Origin: a candidate division WOR-3 bacterium
GTDB taxonomy: Bacteria > Hydrothermota > Tepidihabitantia > Tepidihabitantales > DTDR01
Length of the DNA stretch: 37,516 bases
Assembly: GCA_039801885.1 (NCBI GenBank)
Contig: JBDRVN010000011.1
Span: 1-37,516 of the forward strand
Direction: 5' to 3'
Shown here piece by piece: positions 18,345 to 26,482 of the stretch. How positions within the stretch are numbered: position 1 is the stretch's first letter; each line of letters opens with the position of its first letter. Below the pieces are notes generated by a model. It had not been told where the DNA came from. It did not search any database and was given only the letters and a program-made list of their open reading frames with translations. The position numbers and the translations under genes were made by a program.

Positions 18345-19344
18345 TTAATTTCTTATCTATTAGATAGGTGCCGATTGGGTCAGCGATACTTAAAGTAATT
18401 AAAGTTATCCCCCATTTGGTTCTATCCCAATTTTCAGAAGCAATCAAAACCACTGTTCCCAAAATTATTCCTTCAATCATTCTGGGCGCAAAAGATACCA
18501 ATAAAGCCTTGCCCAAAGATAAATCCCTTTCTTTACTCATTTTATATCCAAAATAATAACCGAGACAACTACCGAGCAAAGAAGAAAGGGCAACAGAATT
18601 TTTATTAAAGAAATCTTTATTCGTCAATAATTCCATTCCTCCTAAAAAGGCTATCGGACTTGTTATTCCTAATCGGGCATATTCCAATTCACAAAAGGCA
18701 TCGCCGAAAGTAATATTTTTCTCTTTAGATAAAATGATTGAACCACAATAACCTTCCAAAGCAGGTAAGAAAGCATAAAGGTGAAACCAATACTTAAATT
18801 TAGGCAAATCTCTTTCATCATAATATTTAATTGTTAACAATTGAATAAAAACAGAATGAGAAATTCCTAAAATATTAAAATTAAGGTATCGCCAGGCATC
18901 TTCCACACCAAATTTAAGTTTCTCACTTAGAAAATAACCACCGATATTTTCAGTAAGGCTGAAAATCAAAGGAAGAGTATATTCGTTTATTTTATTATTA
19001 GGATTCCAAACAGGATTTAACCAAGCCCCACGCCATACACCACCAATTCCACCAAAGAAAGATTGTAAGGGAGTGCCACTTGCTTTTACCTTACGAACCC
19101 GCGAAGAAGCAAAAAAGGAAATTGCCGGTGTCCATAATCCGACAGCAATTGCTAACCTATCTTTTAATCCAAGACCCAAAGGCAATGTCCAAGAGTAAAA
19201 CCCGATACCTAAAACAACCTCCGAAGCAATAAAATAACTTCTATAATTTATCTCTTTTATTGGTTTCTCTTCTTTTAAGGTATCTTCTTGAGAAAATAAA
19301 AAAGTTAAAAATATTAAAAAAAGAAATATTATTTTTACTCTCAT
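18337..19344 (-). CDS. Hypothetical membrane protein with signal peptide
   Basis: 335-aa ORF with a signal peptide, several Gly-rich hydrophobic helices and an overlap with the next gene. Confidence 0.65.
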   Translation of the reverse strand: MRVKIIFLFLIFLTFLFSQEDTLKEEKPIKEINYRSYFIASEVVLGIGFYSWTLPLGLGLKDRLAIAVGLWTPAISFFASSRVRKVKASGTPLQSFFGGIGGVWRGAWLNPVWNPNNKINEYTLPLIFSLTENIGGYFLSEKLKFGVEDAWRYLNFNILGISHSVFIQLLTIKYYDERDLPKFKYWFHLYAFLPALEGYCGSIILSKEKNITFGDAFCELEYARLGITSPIAFLGGMELLTNKDFFNKNSVALSSLLGSCLGYYFGYKMSKERDLSLGKALLVSFAPRMIEGIILGTVVLIASENWDRTKWGITLITLSIADPIGTYLIDKKLNE

Positions 19345-19363
19345 ATTATAAAAAAATAACTGT

Positions 19364-19885
19364 TTAAAAAGTTAAGCCAACCGAAAAACCTCCCCAAGGT
19401 CTTATTTCAAGTTTCTTTATTTGGTTTCCTAAACGATCTCTTTCTTCTTTAAAATTGAAAAAAGGTGTAAAAGACACTCGTAAGAGAACACTTTTTTTTA
19501 TTGGTTGATATCTGTAACCTAAACAACAATTTGGAATAAATTCACTTTTAGCCTCTCCCCAAAAAGAAGAAGCCTTTAACCACATTACGCCTATCCCTGC
19601 TTCAAAATGATGAGAAGAATTATTATCAGTAATAAAATTCAGAGAAATTGGAAAACCATAGCCGAAAAGAAAAAAGGAAGCGCCTATTCTAAATGTAGAA
19701 TTAGTAATAAAGCGATAATCATAATTTAAAGAAAATATTAACCCTTGGCCACCAATTTCAAAGTATACTCCATTACTACTAAAATCTTCAAGAGTATTCT
19801 TCTCTTTTCCTAAAACCTCTGAACCGTAAGTAAAAAAATTTCCAATGCCAATAATTAATAAAAAGATAAAGATATCCCTTTTCAT
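19364..19885 (-). CDS. Hypothetical small outer-membrane beta-barrel protein
   Basis: Signal peptide, alternating aromatic/Gly strands (VYFEIGG, SLNYDY, LGYRYQP) and C-terminal GFSVGLTF. Confidence 0.7.
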   Translation of the reverse strand: MKRDIFIFLLIIGIGNFFTYGSEVLGKEKNTLEDFSSNGVYFEIGGQGLIFSLNYDYRFITNSTFRIGASFFLFGYGFPISLNFITDNNSSHHFEAGIGVMWLKASSFWGEAKSEFIPNCCLGYRYQPIKKSVLLRVSFTPFFNFKEERDRLGNQIKKLEIRPWGGFSVGLTF

Positions 19886-19909
19886 AGAAATAATTTTTAA
19901 GATTAGATT

Positions 19910-20518
19910 CTAACTTAAAATCTCTTGCAATCTCTTATTTACTGCCTCCCAATTGATAATTTTGAAAAAGTTTTCTACATATTTTGCTCGGTCATTTTTG
20001 TAATCTAAATAATAGGCATGCTCAAAGACATCACAGACAAGTAAAATTCTAAACATCGGATAGACATTAGTATTATGTTTTTCTACCTGCATAATAATTG
20101 GTCTATCGGTCTGTTTACAATAAGTTAAACAAGCCCAGCCCGAACCTTCGGTTGTTAATCCTGCTTTGATAAATTCTTTTTTAAACCTTTCAAAACTACC
20201 AAACTCTTTTTCCAATTTCTCTTTTATCACACCTTCGGGAACTTCTTTTGCCTTACTTGGTGAGATAAGATTATACCAGTATAAAGAATGTAAGAGATGA
20301 CCACCAATATTAAAAGAGAGTTCTTTTAAAAGTGCCTTAATATCTAAATCTTGATTCTCTTCTCTTCCCTTATCCAATTTCTCTAAAATCGCATTGGCAC
20401 CGTTCACATATGCCTGATGATGTTTTTCATAATGGATTCTTAATTGCTCTTCGGAAATAATTGGCTCCAAATCTTTAAAAGAATAAGGTAAGGGCGGTAA
20501 TTGATAAAACTTCTTCAT
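19910..20518 (-). CDS. sod: Fe/Mn superoxide dismutase
   Basis: LPPLPY..LEP.IS, HYEKHHQAYV, GGHLLHSLYW, GSGW, DVFEHAYY. Confidence 0.95.
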   Translation of the reverse strand: MKKFYQLPPLPYSFKDLEPIISEEQLRIHYEKHHQAYVNGANAILEKLDKGREENQDLDIKALLKELSFNIGGHLLHSLYWYNLISPSKAKEVPEGVIKEKLEKEFGSFERFKKEFIKAGLTTEGSGWACLTYCKQTDRPIIMQVEKHNTNVYPMFRILLVCDVFEHAYYLDYKNDRAKYVENFFKIINWEAVNKRLQEILS

Positions 20519-20542
20519 TATTCCTCCTTAAATTTTTATTCT

Positions 20543-20968
20543 TTATAACTCCTCTAAAAGGGAAGTAAAAGTATCGTGGTGTTCCTCTTCATCCGCAAGG
20601 ATATTCTCAAAAAGTTTTCTTGTTGTTTCATCATTTTCACTTCTTGCCTTCTCAATTATCTTTTTATAAAGGGTAATAGCATTCTCCTCATCTTTCTTAT
20701 CTTGTTCCAACATCTCTTTTAAAGTATTGCCAACAAAGATTGGGTCGGGTTTGGTTGTTGGTATACCACCAAGATAAACAAGCCTTTCGGCAATTGCTTC
20801 TGCGTGCTTCATCTCGGTAATCGCAATTTTCTTCAACTCATCCTTCACACTAAAACCTTTTACCCCTTTCCATTGAACATGTTGCCACATATATTGAATA
20901 GAAACCTGTAATTCCCGAGCAATTGCTTGATTTAACATATCCAACAATTCCTTTGATACCTTAACCAT
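20543..20968 (-). CDS. Bacterioferritin-like / ferritin-like diiron protein
   Basis: E...QY..Q, EMKHAE (Met at the heme-ligand position), DEENAI..Y, DEEEHH. Start moved to ATG 20968, which has SD AGGAGG. Confidence 0.88.
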   Translation of the reverse strand: MVKVSKELLDMLNQAIARELQVSIQYMWQHVQWKGVKGFSVKDELKKIAITEMKHAEAIAERLVYLGGIPTTKPDPIFVGNTLKEMLEQDKKDEENAITLYKKIIEKARSENDETTRKLFENILADEEEHHDTFTSLLEEL

Positions 20969-21002
20969 TTCTCCTCCTTTTAAGTTTATTTTTGAAAAAT
21001 TA

Positions 21003-21031
21003 ATTATAATAAATTCAAAAAATAAAGTCAA
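21003..21031 (-). promoter_or_regulatory. Promoter for the bacterioferritin-sod cluster
   Basis: TTGACT-17bp-TATAAT. Confidence 0.65.
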
Positions 21032-21090
21032 ATGATATAATATATTGATTCACATCCTTTATATACCAACAGGATATTTAATAATTTTTA

Positions 21091-21118
21091 TTGAAATTTA
21101 TTAAAAAATTATTAGAAT
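21091..21118 (+). promoter_or_regulatory. Promoter for asnA
   Basis: TTGAAA-16bp-TAGAAT, followed by SD AGGAGG. Confidence 0.55.
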
Positions 21119-21145
21119 TTGAAAAAAATAAATTAAGGAGGAAAT

Positions 21146-22276
21146 ATGGTAAAGAAACCAGCCGATTTAGCCGGTCCAGGAATCGGCAGTTATGAAGAGT
21201 TAGAAAAAATTCTACCAAACGACTATTATCCCCTTTTAGACCGAAGGGAAACCCAGAAGGCAATTTTTGCCTTAAAACATTACATTGAAGAAAATCTTTG
21301 TAAAGAACTCAATTTAATGATGGTTACTGTTCCTTTAATTGTTGATGTGGAAAGTGGAGTAAATGATACGTTAGACCGGGATGGTTCCCGCACTCCCATC
21401 CAATTCCATATATCTAACGACAATAACAAACATCCGATCGATGCCCAGGTTGTGCAAGCAGCAACCAAATGGAAAAGATTGGCATTAAAACAATTTGACT
21501 GTAAAGTTGGCGAAGGGATTTGCACTGATATGCGGGCAGTACGAAAAGATTATTTCCTTGACCATGACCATTCTGTTTATGTTGACCAATGGGACTGGGA
21601 ATTGGCGATAACCGAAGAACAGCGAAACCTTAATTTCTTAAAAGAGATAGTCCGAAAAATCTGGAAGGTAATTAAAGGTGCGGAAAGTTATATTCAAGAA
21701 CTTTTCCCAAAATTAAAAACCGATAAATATCCCAATCTGCCTGATGAATTGGTATTTATGCACGCGGAAGATATTTTTGAGCGATATCCTGATTTGCCAA
21801 GAAAAGAAAGGGAAACTAAAATCCTACAAGAATATCCCGCAATCTTTATTATTGGTATTGGCTATCCCCTTAGAAACGGTTATCCCCATGAGTTGCGAGC
21901 AGTTGACTACGACGACTGGATTACGGAAACTGTCTCGGAAGATGGTAGACCGATGCACGGGTTGAATGGTGATATATTAGTTTGGAATCCGGTTACCCGA
22001 CGGAGACACGAATTGACATCAATGGGCATCAGAGTGAATGCGGAAACTTTAAGAAAACAGGCTGAATTCTGTAAGCAGGAACATATCCTCTCTCAACCTT
22101 ATCATCAGGCAATTTTAAATAACCAAGTTCCTCTTTCCATCGGTGGCGGTATTGGTCAATCCCGAACTTATATGCTTCTTTTAAGAAAAGCACATCTTGG
22201 CGAAGTTAGTGTCTCGGTCTGGCCAAAAATTCTAAAAGAGATGTGTGCCAAAAGAAATATCTTTGTTTTAGAGTAA
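21146..22276 (+). CDS. asnA: Aspartate--ammonia ligase
   Basis: KWKR, TDMRAVR, HSVYVDQWDWE, RAVDYDDW, GLNGDI, ELTSMGIRV, SIGGGIGQSR, KAHLGEV. Confidence 0.95.
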   Translation: MVKKPADLAGPGIGSYEELEKILPNDYYPLLDRRETQKAIFALKHYIEENLCKELNLMMVTVPLIVDVESGVNDTLDRDGSRTPIQFHISNDNNKHPIDAQVVQAATKWKRLALKQFDCKVGEGICTDMRAVRKDYFLDHDHSVYVDQWDWELAITEEQRNLNFLKEIVRKIWKVIKGAESYIQELFPKLKTDKYPNLPDELVFMHAEDIFERYPDLPRKERETKILQEYPAIFIIGIGYPLRNGYPHELRAVDYDDWITETVSEDGRPMHGLNGDILVWNPVTRRRHELTSMGIRVNAETLRKQAEFCKQEHILSQPYHQAILNNQVPLSIGGGIGQSRTYMLLLRKAHLGEVSVSVWPKILKEMCAKRNIFVLE

Positions 22277-22341
22277 ATAGTTCTCTTTTATTCAAAGTGA
22301 TAACCTAATATTATTTCTATATAAAGGTTAATTTATTTTAC

Positions 22342-22369
22342 TTGAAAATTTATTTAAGATTTCTATAAT
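22342..22369 (+). promoter_or_regulatory. Promoter of the DUF6754 operon (probably leaderless)
   Basis: TTGAAA-16bp-TATAAT ending 5 nt before ATG 22375; no SD. Confidence 0.65.
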
Positions 22370-22374
22370 TTCTA

Positions 22375-23448
22375 ATGTTTTTATTTCTTCTTTTTACTTT
22401 TATAATTGAGCCGCCAAAAAATGTGAAAGCCATTGACAATCCTAATGATGACGGAAATAAGATTTTAATAACTTGGGAATTATCTCCTTCGGATTCGATT
22501 TTGGATGGTTATGAGATATTAAGAAGAAGTGAAAAAGAAGAATGTTTTTATAAGATTGGTTTTGTTGGTCCAAATAGAAATAGTTTCTTGGATGAAAATA
22601 CCGAAGATAACTTAAATTATTATTATCAAATAGTTGCTGTCAAAGATACAATAAAAGTTTTGTCAGAAATTTCTCAACCAGCAAAAAGTTATCCCCAATG
22701 GTTTAATAAAGGTAAATTAATCATTCTATTGACTTTTTTTCTCTTTGGTTTCTTGATTTTATATTTTATAAAAAGGGCAAGAAAGATTGAGTTGTTTATT
22801 AGAAGGATAGCCGGTTTAAGTGCGGTGGAAGAAGCGGTTGGCAGGGCAACGGAGATGGGCAAGCCGGTTTTATTTGTTCCTGGTTTAAGTGGGATGTCGG
22901 ATGTAGCAACAATTGCGGCATTAAATATCCTTTCGGAAGTTGCCAAGAAGATTGCCCAGTATGATGTGAAATTGATTGTGCCGAATAATGACCCAATCGT
23001 TTATACGGTTGCCCGAGAAATAGTAAAAGAAGCGTATACGAGTATTGGCAAACCTGATGCCTTCAATCCTGATTCAGTATTTTATCTCACCGATTCCCAA
23101 TTTGCTTATGCGGCTGGTGTTGATGGAATAATGGTGAGAGAAAGACCGGCAACCAATTTCTTTTGTGGATATTTCTATGCTGAATCATTAATCTTGGCAG
23201 AAACCGGTGCCCAAACCGGTGCTATCCAAATTGCTGCTACTGACTCAATCACCCAATTACCATTTTTTATTGTTGCCTGTGATTATACTTTAATTGGTGA
23301 AGAACTTTATGCCGCCTCTGCCTATCTTTCAAAAGAACCAATTCTTCTTGGCTCTTTAAAAGGTCAGGATTATGGGAAGTTTTTAATAATCATTATTTTA
23401 ACCTTTCTTTCAATAATTTCTTTGCTTTTTAACTTTGTCATAAAATGA
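22375..23448 (+). CDS. FN3 domain + DUF6754 membrane protein
   Basis: Short signal; FN3-like PKNVKA.D.PND.G.KI.ITW...GYEILR...YYYQIVAV; a TM; then IRRIAGL.A.EEAVGRATEMGKP...AESLILAE.G....AIQIA...LPFF..ACDYTLIGEELYAASAYL; C-terminal TM. Confidence 0.85.
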   Translation: MFLFLLFTFIIEPPKNVKAIDNPNDDGNKILITWELSPSDSILDGYEILRRSEKEECFYKIGFVGPNRNSFLDENTEDNLNYYYQIVAVKDTIKVLSEISQPAKSYPQWFNKGKLIILLTFFLFGFLILYFIKRARKIELFIRRIAGLSAVEEAVGRATEMGKPVLFVPGLSGMSDVATIAALNILSEVAKKIAQYDVKLIVPNNDPIVYTVAREIVKEAYTSIGKPDAFNPDSVFYLTDSQFAYAAGVDGIMVRERPATNFFCGYFYAESLILAETGAQTGAIQIAATDSITQLPFFIVACDYTLIGEELYAASAYLSKEPILLGSLKGQDYGKFLIIIILTFLSIISLLFNFVIK

Positions 23449-24101
23449 AGGTAAGGTTTCCTTTGATTTTGTGTTTAATAATGGGAATAATTGGTATGGT
23501 TGCCTATTATGTTCCCCATAAGGCAGTCCAAAATTTTGATAACGAATTAAGAAATACCGCATTAAGGATTATCTTTGCCTTTTCATTAGTTTTAGGAGTT
23601 GGTAGTATTATTCGCCATCATTGGGAGAAGATAAAAAGAAAGAGGGAGTTTTGGGAATATAGTTATGTAACTTTAATCTCCCTTTTCTTGACTGCCTTTA
23701 TTGGTTTATTTGGCGGTATTGACGGCAGAGGACTTATCAAAATGGAGATTGGTAAATTCTCTTTTGATATTCAGACAATTTATGTGAATATGGCAATTCC
23801 TTTGGGTGCGACAATGTTTTCTTTGCTTGCCTATTTTATGGCATCAGCAGCCTATCGGGCATTTCGCGCAAGAAATTTAGAAGCAATTTTGTTATTAGTT
23901 GCTGCCTTTATTGTGATGCTTGCCTCTGTTCCACCAGTTGCCCGACTGATTCCAAAACTACCTTATATCTCTGAGTGGATTTTAGATGTCCCTAATACCG
24001 CAGCAAAAAGGGGAATGCTATTTGGCATTACATTAGGAGTTTTGTCAACTTCCTTAAAAATATTATTAGGCATTGAAAGAGGTTGGTTAGGTGGTAAGTA
24101 G
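23445..24101 (+). CDS. Multi-pass membrane protein of the DUF6754 operon
   Basis: About 6 hydrophobic segments; TMFSLLAYFMASAAYRAFRAR, WILDVPNTAAKRG, SLKILLGIER; ATGA overlap with the upstream gene. Confidence 0.85.
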   Translation: MKVRFPLILCLIMGIIGMVAYYVPHKAVQNFDNELRNTALRIIFAFSLVLGVGSIIRHHWEKIKRKREFWEYSYVTLISLFLTAFIGLFGGIDGRGLIKMEIGKFSFDIQTIYVNMAIPLGATMFSLLAYFMASAAYRAFRARNLEAILLLVAAFIVMLASVPPVARLIPKLPYISEWILDVPNTAAKRGMLFGITLGVLSTSLKILLGIERGWLGGK

Positions 24102-24927
24102 AAGAATTATCTATTTAATTTTAACATTGGTTATCTTAATTCCCCTTTTAAGACCCTTTAAATTAAAACCACTGCCAATGAAACCAGTTGAGAAACTATT
24201 TTATTATATCAACAATATACCAAAAGATAAGGCATTATTAATCTCGGTTGATTATACACCCGATACCGAAGCCGAATTACATCCAATGACGATTGCCTTA
24301 TTAAAACATGCCTTCCATAAGAAAATAAAAGTTGGTGTCTTGACCCTAACTCTATTAGGTTTGGGATTAGCCGAAGATGCTTTACAAGTTGTTTTAAAGG
24401 AGTTTAATGAAAAGGCAAAAACGAGGGAAGATAGCATTATCTATGGCAGAGATTATGTTTTTCTTGGTTGGCAAACACCACCATTAGTTCCTTTGCTTGG
24501 TATGGGAGAAAGTATTACAAAAGTATTTCCCGTTGATTATTATGGAAATAAAACCGATACCTTACCATTATTAAAAGAGATAAAAAATTATCGGGATGTT
24601 GGTATTGTTGTTTCTATTTCTGGTTCGGCAATACCGATGTGGTATGTTACCTATGCTCAGACAACTTTTGGTGTAAAAGTTGGCGCTGGTTTTACTGCAG
24701 TTTCCGCTGCCGATTATTATCCTTATTTAAATTCCGGACAATTAACCGGCTTACTTGCTGGTATGCGTGGTGGTGCTGAATATGAAGAACTTTTAGAAGA
24801 ACATTTCGGCAAGACAAAAAGAAGAAAGGCAACCGAAGCAATGTCTGCCCAAACTACTGCGCATATCGCAATTATTATATTAATCATTATTGGAAATATA
24901 ATCTATTTTTATAGAAAAAAGAAATGA
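24091..24927 (+). CDS. Membrane-anchored alpha/beta-domain protein of the DUF6754 operon (probable distant DUF6754 paralogue)
   Basis: N- and C-terminal TMs around a soluble domain; DY.P....EL.PM, YGRDYVFLG, TAVSA...YPYL.SGQL.GLL.GMRGGAEYE; GTG start overlaps the upstream gene. Confidence 0.85.
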   Translation: MVSRRIIYLILTLVILIPLLRPFKLKPLPMKPVEKLFYYINNIPKDKALLISVDYTPDTEAELHPMTIALLKHAFHKKIKVGVLTLTLLGLGLAEDALQVVLKEFNEKAKTREDSIIYGRDYVFLGWQTPPLVPLLGMGESITKVFPVDYYGNKTDTLPLLKEIKNYRDVGIVVSISGSAIPMWYVTYAQTTFGVKVGAGFTAVSAADYYPYLNSGQLTGLLAGMRGGAEYEELLEEHFGKTKRRKATEAMSAQTTAHIAIIILIIIGNIIYFYRKKK

Positions 24928-25547
24928 GCACTGATATTTGGGTTTGGATAGCAGCACTTTTAACATTAGGAATTTTCTCTTTCTTATATAAAGATAATCC
25001 CTTTTATCGCTTTTGTGAACATCTCTTTGTTGGTATAACAAATGGTTATGCGATAACTTTCTATTGGCACAGAATTTTAGTTCCCAGTTTGATAAATCCT
25101 GTTTCGCGCGGTGAGAAATTATATCTTCTAATATTTGCCTTTATTGGTGCCTTATATTTTACAAGATTTATCCCAAGATTATCTTGGTTAGTAAGAATTC
25201 CTATCGCCTTTGTTTTAGGTTATGGTGCTGGTGCGGCAATACCAAGAACAATTGAAGCATCAATCATTGAACAGACAAAGGCAACAATCTTACAAAGAAG
25301 TAATTTCCTAAACCTTTTTGATGGCATCTCCTCAATTATTATCTTCTTTGGTGTTATTGCGACAATTATCTACTTCTTCTTCTCAACCGAAAGAAAGGGA
25401 ATACTTAAACATCTTTCCTACTCAGGAATTATCTTTATTATGCTTGGCTTTGGTGCCTCCTTTGGCTATACGGTAATGGCAAGAATTTCCTTACTCATTG
25501 GTCGGCTCACTTTCTTATTAAGAGATTGGCTTGGCATTATAAAATAA
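24924..25547 (+). CDS. Multi-pass membrane protein of the DUF6754 operon
   Basis: LTLGIFSFLYKDNPFYRFCEHLFVG, YFFFS.E, MLGFGASFGYTVMARISLLIGR; ATGA overlap. Confidence 0.85.
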   Translation: MSTDIWVWIAALLTLGIFSFLYKDNPFYRFCEHLFVGITNGYAITFYWHRILVPSLINPVSRGEKLYLLIFAFIGALYFTRFIPRLSWLVRIPIAFVLGYGAGAAIPRTIEASIIEQTKATILQRSNFLNLFDGISSIIIFFGVIATIIYFFFSTERKGILKHLSYSGIIFIMLGFGASFGYTVMARISLLIGRLTFLLRDWLGIIK

Positions 25548-25644
25548 ATTTTACTTTCCCTTCTAATCTTATAAATACTTAAAATTTTTATTAAAATCTT
25601 ATATACCATACTCATTTCTATAAGATACTATATAGGAGATAGTC

Positions 25645-25692
25645 ATAGGGTTATCCCTATCACTATATAAGTCTTTGATATATAAGAACTTA
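25645..25692. promoter_or_regulatory. Short hairpin plus 25-bp IHF-like dyad upstream of the ssrA promoter
   Basis: ATAGGG-TTAT-CCCTAT (25645-25660); TAAGTCTTTGATATATAAGAACTTA (25668-25692), whose minus-strand TATCAAAGACTTA fits WATCAANNNNTTR. Confidence 0.4.
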
Positions 25693-25732
25693 CATATATA
25701 TACCCTCTACCCCTATCAACATTATATTCTTA

Positions 25733-25761
25733 TTGACTTTTTATAGTTTTTGTGCTATATT
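25733..25761 (+). promoter_or_regulatory. ssrA promoter
   Basis: TTGACT-17bp-TATATT with an extended TG, 11 nt upstream of the mature 5' end. Confidence 0.7.
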
Positions 25762-25772
25762 TAATTAGATAT

Positions 25773-26128
25773 GGGGGCGAACGGGTTTTCGACGGAGCGG
25801 ATTGAGGGACTTAGGAGCATGGCGGTTTTCCTCTATTTTGCCGAAAAAAATAGAGGAAAAAACAACTGCCAACACTGGTAGTTACGCACTTGCTGCTTAA
25901 TTGAAAAGCAGCAGCCTCGCTTAGGTTCGCATCCGACCTAAGTTGAGGTTAAGGAATGGATGCTTAAAGCCTTTCTTTTGTTGCCGAAGAAAGACTGGAT
26001 AATAAAGGCAACTGGCAAGGTTCTGCCTGTCGGTTGGCGAAGAACCTTGCGAGATAAATAAACCGACTAACCATGTAGAGCCTAAGTCCGAAACGTTCCG
26101 GACGCGGGTTCAATTCCCGCCGCCTCCA
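25773..26128 (+). ncRNA. ssrA: tmRNA; tag peptide (A)ANTGSYALAA
   Basis: 5' GGGGGCG...TTCGAC pairs with 3' CGCCTCC-A; T-arm GCGGGTTCAATTCCCGC; tag ORF 25868-25900 ending YALAA*; CCA not encoded. Confidence 0.97.
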
Positions 26129-26186
26129 TTATTTTTTTATTTAATCCAAAATAAATTTTATGTGGCGAAAATTAAAAAGTGAGATT

Positions 26187-26482
26187 TTAATAACTATTGG
26201 TTATATTCTTTCTCCTTTCTCTTAGTGGAATGATGCTTTTATCAATATTCCATTCCAATTTTTTATCTCTTTGGTTTTTTATTTTCTCTGATTTCCCGTA
26301 AACTTTTTTTGCCAATAACAACTTATTGGCTAACCAATCTTTTAGGAATTCTTTTGATGTACAAAGGCACATTAGATTTATTATCTAAAGAGAAATATTC
26401 TAAGAAAAATTATTAATTGGTTTAATTTTCGCAACTTTTTATACTCTTTTAATAATAATTCTTGCCCTCTTTTTTAACTTTC
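26187..26482 (-). pseudogene. Possible decayed small gene(s), with weak Phd/YefM antitoxin-like traces
   Basis: Fragments RKVKKEG / RIIIKRV*KVAKIKP in adjacent frames, followed by a 61-aa ORF without SD. Confidence 0.2.

Noticed and set aside
20995-21030. PerR/Fur-like box over the bacterioferritin promoter (also GATAATTATCATT near 17409)
   Set aside because: Only partial matches made of A/T; not distinguishable from background at this base composition.
26100-26480. Integrative element at the ssrA 3' end
   Set aside because: No integrase, and I saw no duplicated ssrA 3' end in the window.
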